A DNA stretch of 32,000 bases. Source: Candidatus Kuenenia stuttgartensis. Its GTDB lineage: Bacteria; Planctomycetota; Brocadiia; Brocadiales; Brocadiaceae. Each line of letters starts with the position of its first letter. The first letter of the stretch is position 1. Position numbers and translations under genes: made by a program. Location of the stretch: contig NZ_LT934425.1 of assembly GCF_900232105.1 (NCBI RefSeq), positions 4,170,001-4,202,000 on the forward strand, given 5' to 3'. A model generated the notes under the pieces. That model made no database searches. It was not told the DNA's origin and was given only the letters and a program-made list of their open reading frames with translations. Shown piece after piece: positions 28,301-32,000 of this stretch.

Positions 28301-30100
28301 GGATGCAAGGAGGCTCGTTAATGCACTATTAAGCTTTGATACAAAGACATCGCTACCGCCATTAAAATAATCATCATAGACACCCGAGGTTGTTGGAAAA
28401 CTTGATGACCCGGTCGAACCAGTTACATAGACATTTCCATATGAATCTATGGCTGTAGCACTGATAGATCCTCCACTCAAAGATGTGGAACCAAGGAGAC
28501 TTGTTAACGCCCCATTGAGCTTAAATACGGTGTCACCCCCCCCCACATAAATATTTCCTCCAGTGTCTATGGCTATTGAAGTGCCTGCGTTTCCCAAATA
28601 TGTAGAAGCAAGGAGGCTGGTTAGATCATTACTTAGCCTTGATACAAAGCCACTACCGGAAGTATTATAAGCACCCGGGGTAGTTGGAAAGTCTGTTGAC
28701 CCGGTTGAACCAGTCACATAAATATTTCCCCCAGAATCTATGGCTATAGCATTGCCAGAATCTTCGCCAACTCCTCCCAAATAGGTGGATGCAAGGAGGC
28801 TGGTTAAGTCACTATTGAGCTTTGACACAAAGGCATAATCACTACCATTAAAAAAAGTATCATAGGCGCCGGGAGTTGTGGGAAAGTCTGGTGACCCAGT
28901 CGAACCAGTCACATAGATATTTCCCCCTGAATCTATGGCTATAGCATTACCATAGTCCGCACCAGATCCTCCGGATCCTCCCAAGTATGTGGACTCAAGG
29001 AGTGGGTCAATTACAACCTCCCGTGACCTGTCATAGTCTTCAAGTTTAAAACTATACTCATTACCTATTACAACATAAGCAGCCTCAATGTATTGTCTGT
29101 CACTGAGATCCCCCTCACCCCTACCCTTTCCCGCAAGGGGAGCGGAAGAACGGCTTTTTTTTGTAGTGGTAGAAGGAACTTTGGATTCCTGATAGACTAT
29201 GGGCTTTGTGAACTTGACGATACCTAACGCCGTCTCCGCCTCAAGCAGTCCATCTTCATTTACTTTTAATGTCTTTGCACCGCTCAGTCTCAGTTTTATC
29301 GCCGTGGGGTCTGCGCCAGGCTTTACATAAAAGAGTTTTTCGACGTTATTCCCGTACGCCTTCAGTTTTAGTTCTATTCCATTATAAACTTCCCCAAGCG
29401 TCACCACATCATACGTCTGGATATTGGTCTTCCACTTCGATTGATCATTTCCTCTGAAGTCGTTCACAGTTGTGGTGGCCTTCTTTTCCCCTTTTATCTT
29501 ACCAATCCAGCCGCCTACCATCTCCTCTTTCAATACTACTCCCCTTGTCCCTTGTTTCTTTTTATTTTCGGAATGGCCTTGTTTACCGTCATCCTGCTTC
29601 GTATCATTCTGTCCGCCAGCCTTTACTGACGGGCTATTTGCAGGCGAGTGATGATGCATACCGTCAAATCCCCCTGCATTTCCCTTTTCCCCTTTGTTAA
29701 TGGGGGATTTATGAGGATTTACCGGTCTGTTGTGGGCATGGACGTCGGCCCCTCCATTTTTTCGTTGGGGCAGGGAATAGACAATCTCTCCATTCTTCGT
29801 TACAAATACCGTTCCCCCAAATGTGTTAGCATAGAACATTACCCTTTCATCGGTTTGCCCTTCATTGGCTATAAAAGGCATCTGAAGTTTCCTTGTCCTT
29901 TGAACAACCTCTGCCATACTCAATTGCTCATCCCCGGTCGAAGCCGGAGAGAGGTTTTTGATTACAGATTGCGGACTTATTGGTTTAGACAATGGTTTAC
30001 CTGTATCAGCCAGGAGGATTTTGAAGAAAAAAACGACCGGCAAAAGAACCGCAAGTAATACAAAAAACTTGTTCTTCTTTTTCATTTTACCATCCTCCAT
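25391..30100 (-). CDS. Very large secreted SBBP (beta-propeller) repeat protein with a CBM9/DOMON-like domain and shared C-terminal domain; probable start at 30085
   Basis: N-terminal '[37 protein letters not shown]'; many copies of '[39 protein letters not shown]'; '[22 protein letters not shown]...[12 protein letters not shown]'; C-terminal '[32 protein letters not shown]'. Confidence 0.92.
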   Translation of the reverse strand: [1569 protein letters not shown]

Positions 30101-30997
30101 TATTGATTATATGAAAACCCGTATCTCACAACGCACACTACTTTGAAACTACAAAATACTTTGATACGGAACATTGGCCAGCCACAAGGGTTGCGGCGCT
30201 ACATTTCCATGCTTCCCCATGCGCCCTTAGGGAATGAGGTTTTTTGCAAATATTCATTAAAAAACCTATAGCATATAGCATATTAAAAATAATTCATTTG
30301 TATATACCCTATTTTGGGTGTATACAAATGGATGCCTACTTTTGGGTTAATGGATACATGCGTTTGCGCTTCTGTCAAACTACCGAAATACGACAGGCCT
30401 GAAGGATTGAAAGCATATAGCCAAGGGCTTGGGTCATACGCATCAACCTAACTTGGCAGTAGTTGTAAAGGTTAGCATTGCAAGAACATGTGATATTAAG
30501 TGTGGGTAGGTGAAGCGTTATCGTGCTTATTTATTTGTGCGTTGTACGCTGAGAGGATATAAAAAACCGGCATTTAAAGCAAGGGAGAGGTTAAAAACAA
30601 CAATTTTTCAAAGAGAGGGCAAAATTTTTTTTAAATAAACACATTTTTTTCGGGACATACCTAAATTTTTTTGATATAAGGAAAATATAACTTACACCTA
30701 AATCCTGCAAACGATTTTCGCAATGCGAAAATCAGTATTTTCCACTACCAAGATTGGCAAAAAGCGATAACAGATATCCGTTTTTTAGCAATTGTGGTAG
30801 CGCTATTGTACTACTTTAAACATTACTTTGTTAAAGAAAGCGTCTGAAAAAATATTTTTAAGTCGTAAGTCGAGTCGGCCACAACTTATGACTTAGCAAT
30901 GCTTTGCGATAAATATTTACTCTTGATTTTGCTCGTTACTTCCGGTATTAATTGCACTTGTAAATTTTTTACACAATCAATTACCGGAGCAAAGGAT

Positions 30998-32000
30998 TTG
31001 AGTATTTTCAGAACAAACATACCGTTATTAAATAAATTTCTTGAACATTTTGCATCGTGTTTTACTAAAAAACAATTTGCAATGTTTCTACTTGTCGTCT
31101 ACGCAATGTTTAAAGACTATAAAAGAAATTCACTGGAGGCCATGGCGCAAGCCGTTCATACGGATTACCAGAAATTTCAATGCTTCTTTTCTGAATCCAA
31201 ATGGGATTTACCCGCATTAAAGCAGAAAAGAATGGACATTATCCAAAAACAAAGAACCACGGCATTGACAAAAGACAGCATCCTTACCATAGATGATACC
31301 GGATGTCCAAAGCCCTATGCTAAAAATACAGAGGCAGCCAAATGGCAATATTGCGGTCCGCTTAAAAGGCCGGAAACCTGCAATGTTGTTGTTGGCGCGG
31401 CATTTGTCTCAAAAACAAAACATTTTCCCCTGGATGTTATTCCCTACCTTCCTGCCGATGAGTTCGGGGAAGGGAAAAATGATCCCAAATTTAAAGACAA
31501 AATACAAATAGCAATGGATATGTTTGATGCTGCTTCTAACGTCTTTGATTTTTCAGCTATTGCCTTCGACACATGGTATGCCTCTCAACGGTTTCTCGAA
31601 CATATTCACGCAAAAAAGAAACACTTTTTTTCAGAAATAAAATCAAACAGAAATATCTCCATGTACCATCCGGAAAAACAAAAATATTGCATAATCAAAC
31701 CAGATGAGCTCGTGACCCTCATCAAAAAGCATTATGCCGACAAAACCAAGTATGTTACTTTAAAATCCGCGGATGGAAGTGAAGTTTCCTATAAAACCTA
31801 CACGTTTGACGCCAAACTGAATGGTTGCAATGTCCCGTTGAAGTTTGTGGTAATTTTGGGAAAATGGAACAAGGAAGATGATAAAAAATATCATGTCCTT
31901 ATCACCAATCAACTCGACGCCTCTGTAAAAACGGTTATCACAAACTATCTGTTGCGTTGGGGTATTGAACACTGTTTCAAGGAATTGAAGGATACTTTTT
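30998..32000 (+). CDS. IS4/IS701-like DDE transposase, truncated by the right window edge (probable TTG start)
   Basis: Open frame to the window end: SIFRTNIPLLNKFLEHFASCFTKKQFAMFLLVVYAMFKDYKR...ILTIDDTGCPKPYAKNTEAAKWQYCG...FSAIAFDTWYAS...YLLRWGIEHCFKELKDTF. SD-like 'aaagga' upstream. Not in the track because no stop codon is reached. Confidence 0.85.
   Translation, partial: MSIFRTNIPLLNKFLEHFASCFTKKQFAMFLLVVYAMFKDYKRNSLEAMAQAVHTDYQKFQCFFSESKWDLPALKQKRMDIIQKQRTTALTKDSILTIDDTGCPKPYAKNTEAAKWQYCGPLKRPETCNVVVGAAFVSKTKHFPLDVIPYLPADEFGEGKNDPKFKDKIQIAMDMFDAASNVFDFSAIAFDTWYASQRFLEHIHAKKKHFFSEIKSNRNISMYHPEKQKYCIIKPDELVTLIKKHYADKTKYVTLKSADGSEVSYKTYTFDAKLNGCNVPLKFVVILGKWNKEDDKKYHVLITNQLDASVKTVITNYLLRWGIEHCFKELKDTF

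Overview
This 32 kb window looks like planctomycete/anammox-type DNA (inference, from an Amt-histidine kinase fusion, a compact aprA-aprB-sat locus and many IS remnants). From left to right it contains: truncated IS630 and IS4-type transposase pieces; an ammonium transporter-sensor kinase fusion; an O-antigen-ligase/TPR membrane protein; a broken transposase whose N-terminus is a DUF4338/DruA-like domain fused to an ISAs1-type domain; two attC-like sites bounding a type II toxin-antitoxin cassette with no integrase visible; a 179-bp MITE-like element with perfect 26-bp TIRs and a 10-bp TSD; polX; tRNA-Asp; sat/aprB/aprA; a heptad/hendecad coiled-coil protein; and a rhodanese. The most interesting region is about 16.2-30.1 kb on the minus strand. 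It encodes a RiPP-like maturation set (nucleotidyltransferase, lasso B2-type protease, PqqD-like protein, radical SAM/SPASM-like enzyme, HprK-like kinase) but no asparagine-synthetase-type lasso cyclase in the window. I found a 58-aa precursor-like ORF at 23132..23308 that falls below the cutoff of the supplied ORF track. Its last 23 residues align without gaps to the C-terminal tail of the 1569-aa SBBP-repeat secreted protein upstream (shared P-x-L-x-K-x-G and G-[LF]-F-x-x-F-x-P*). This raises the hypothesis that the same machinery modifies the tails of large secreted proteins. An IS110 element with a candidate bridge-RNA region and a 296-bp tandem duplication separate the kinase/precursor part from the radical SAM/PqqD/B2 part.
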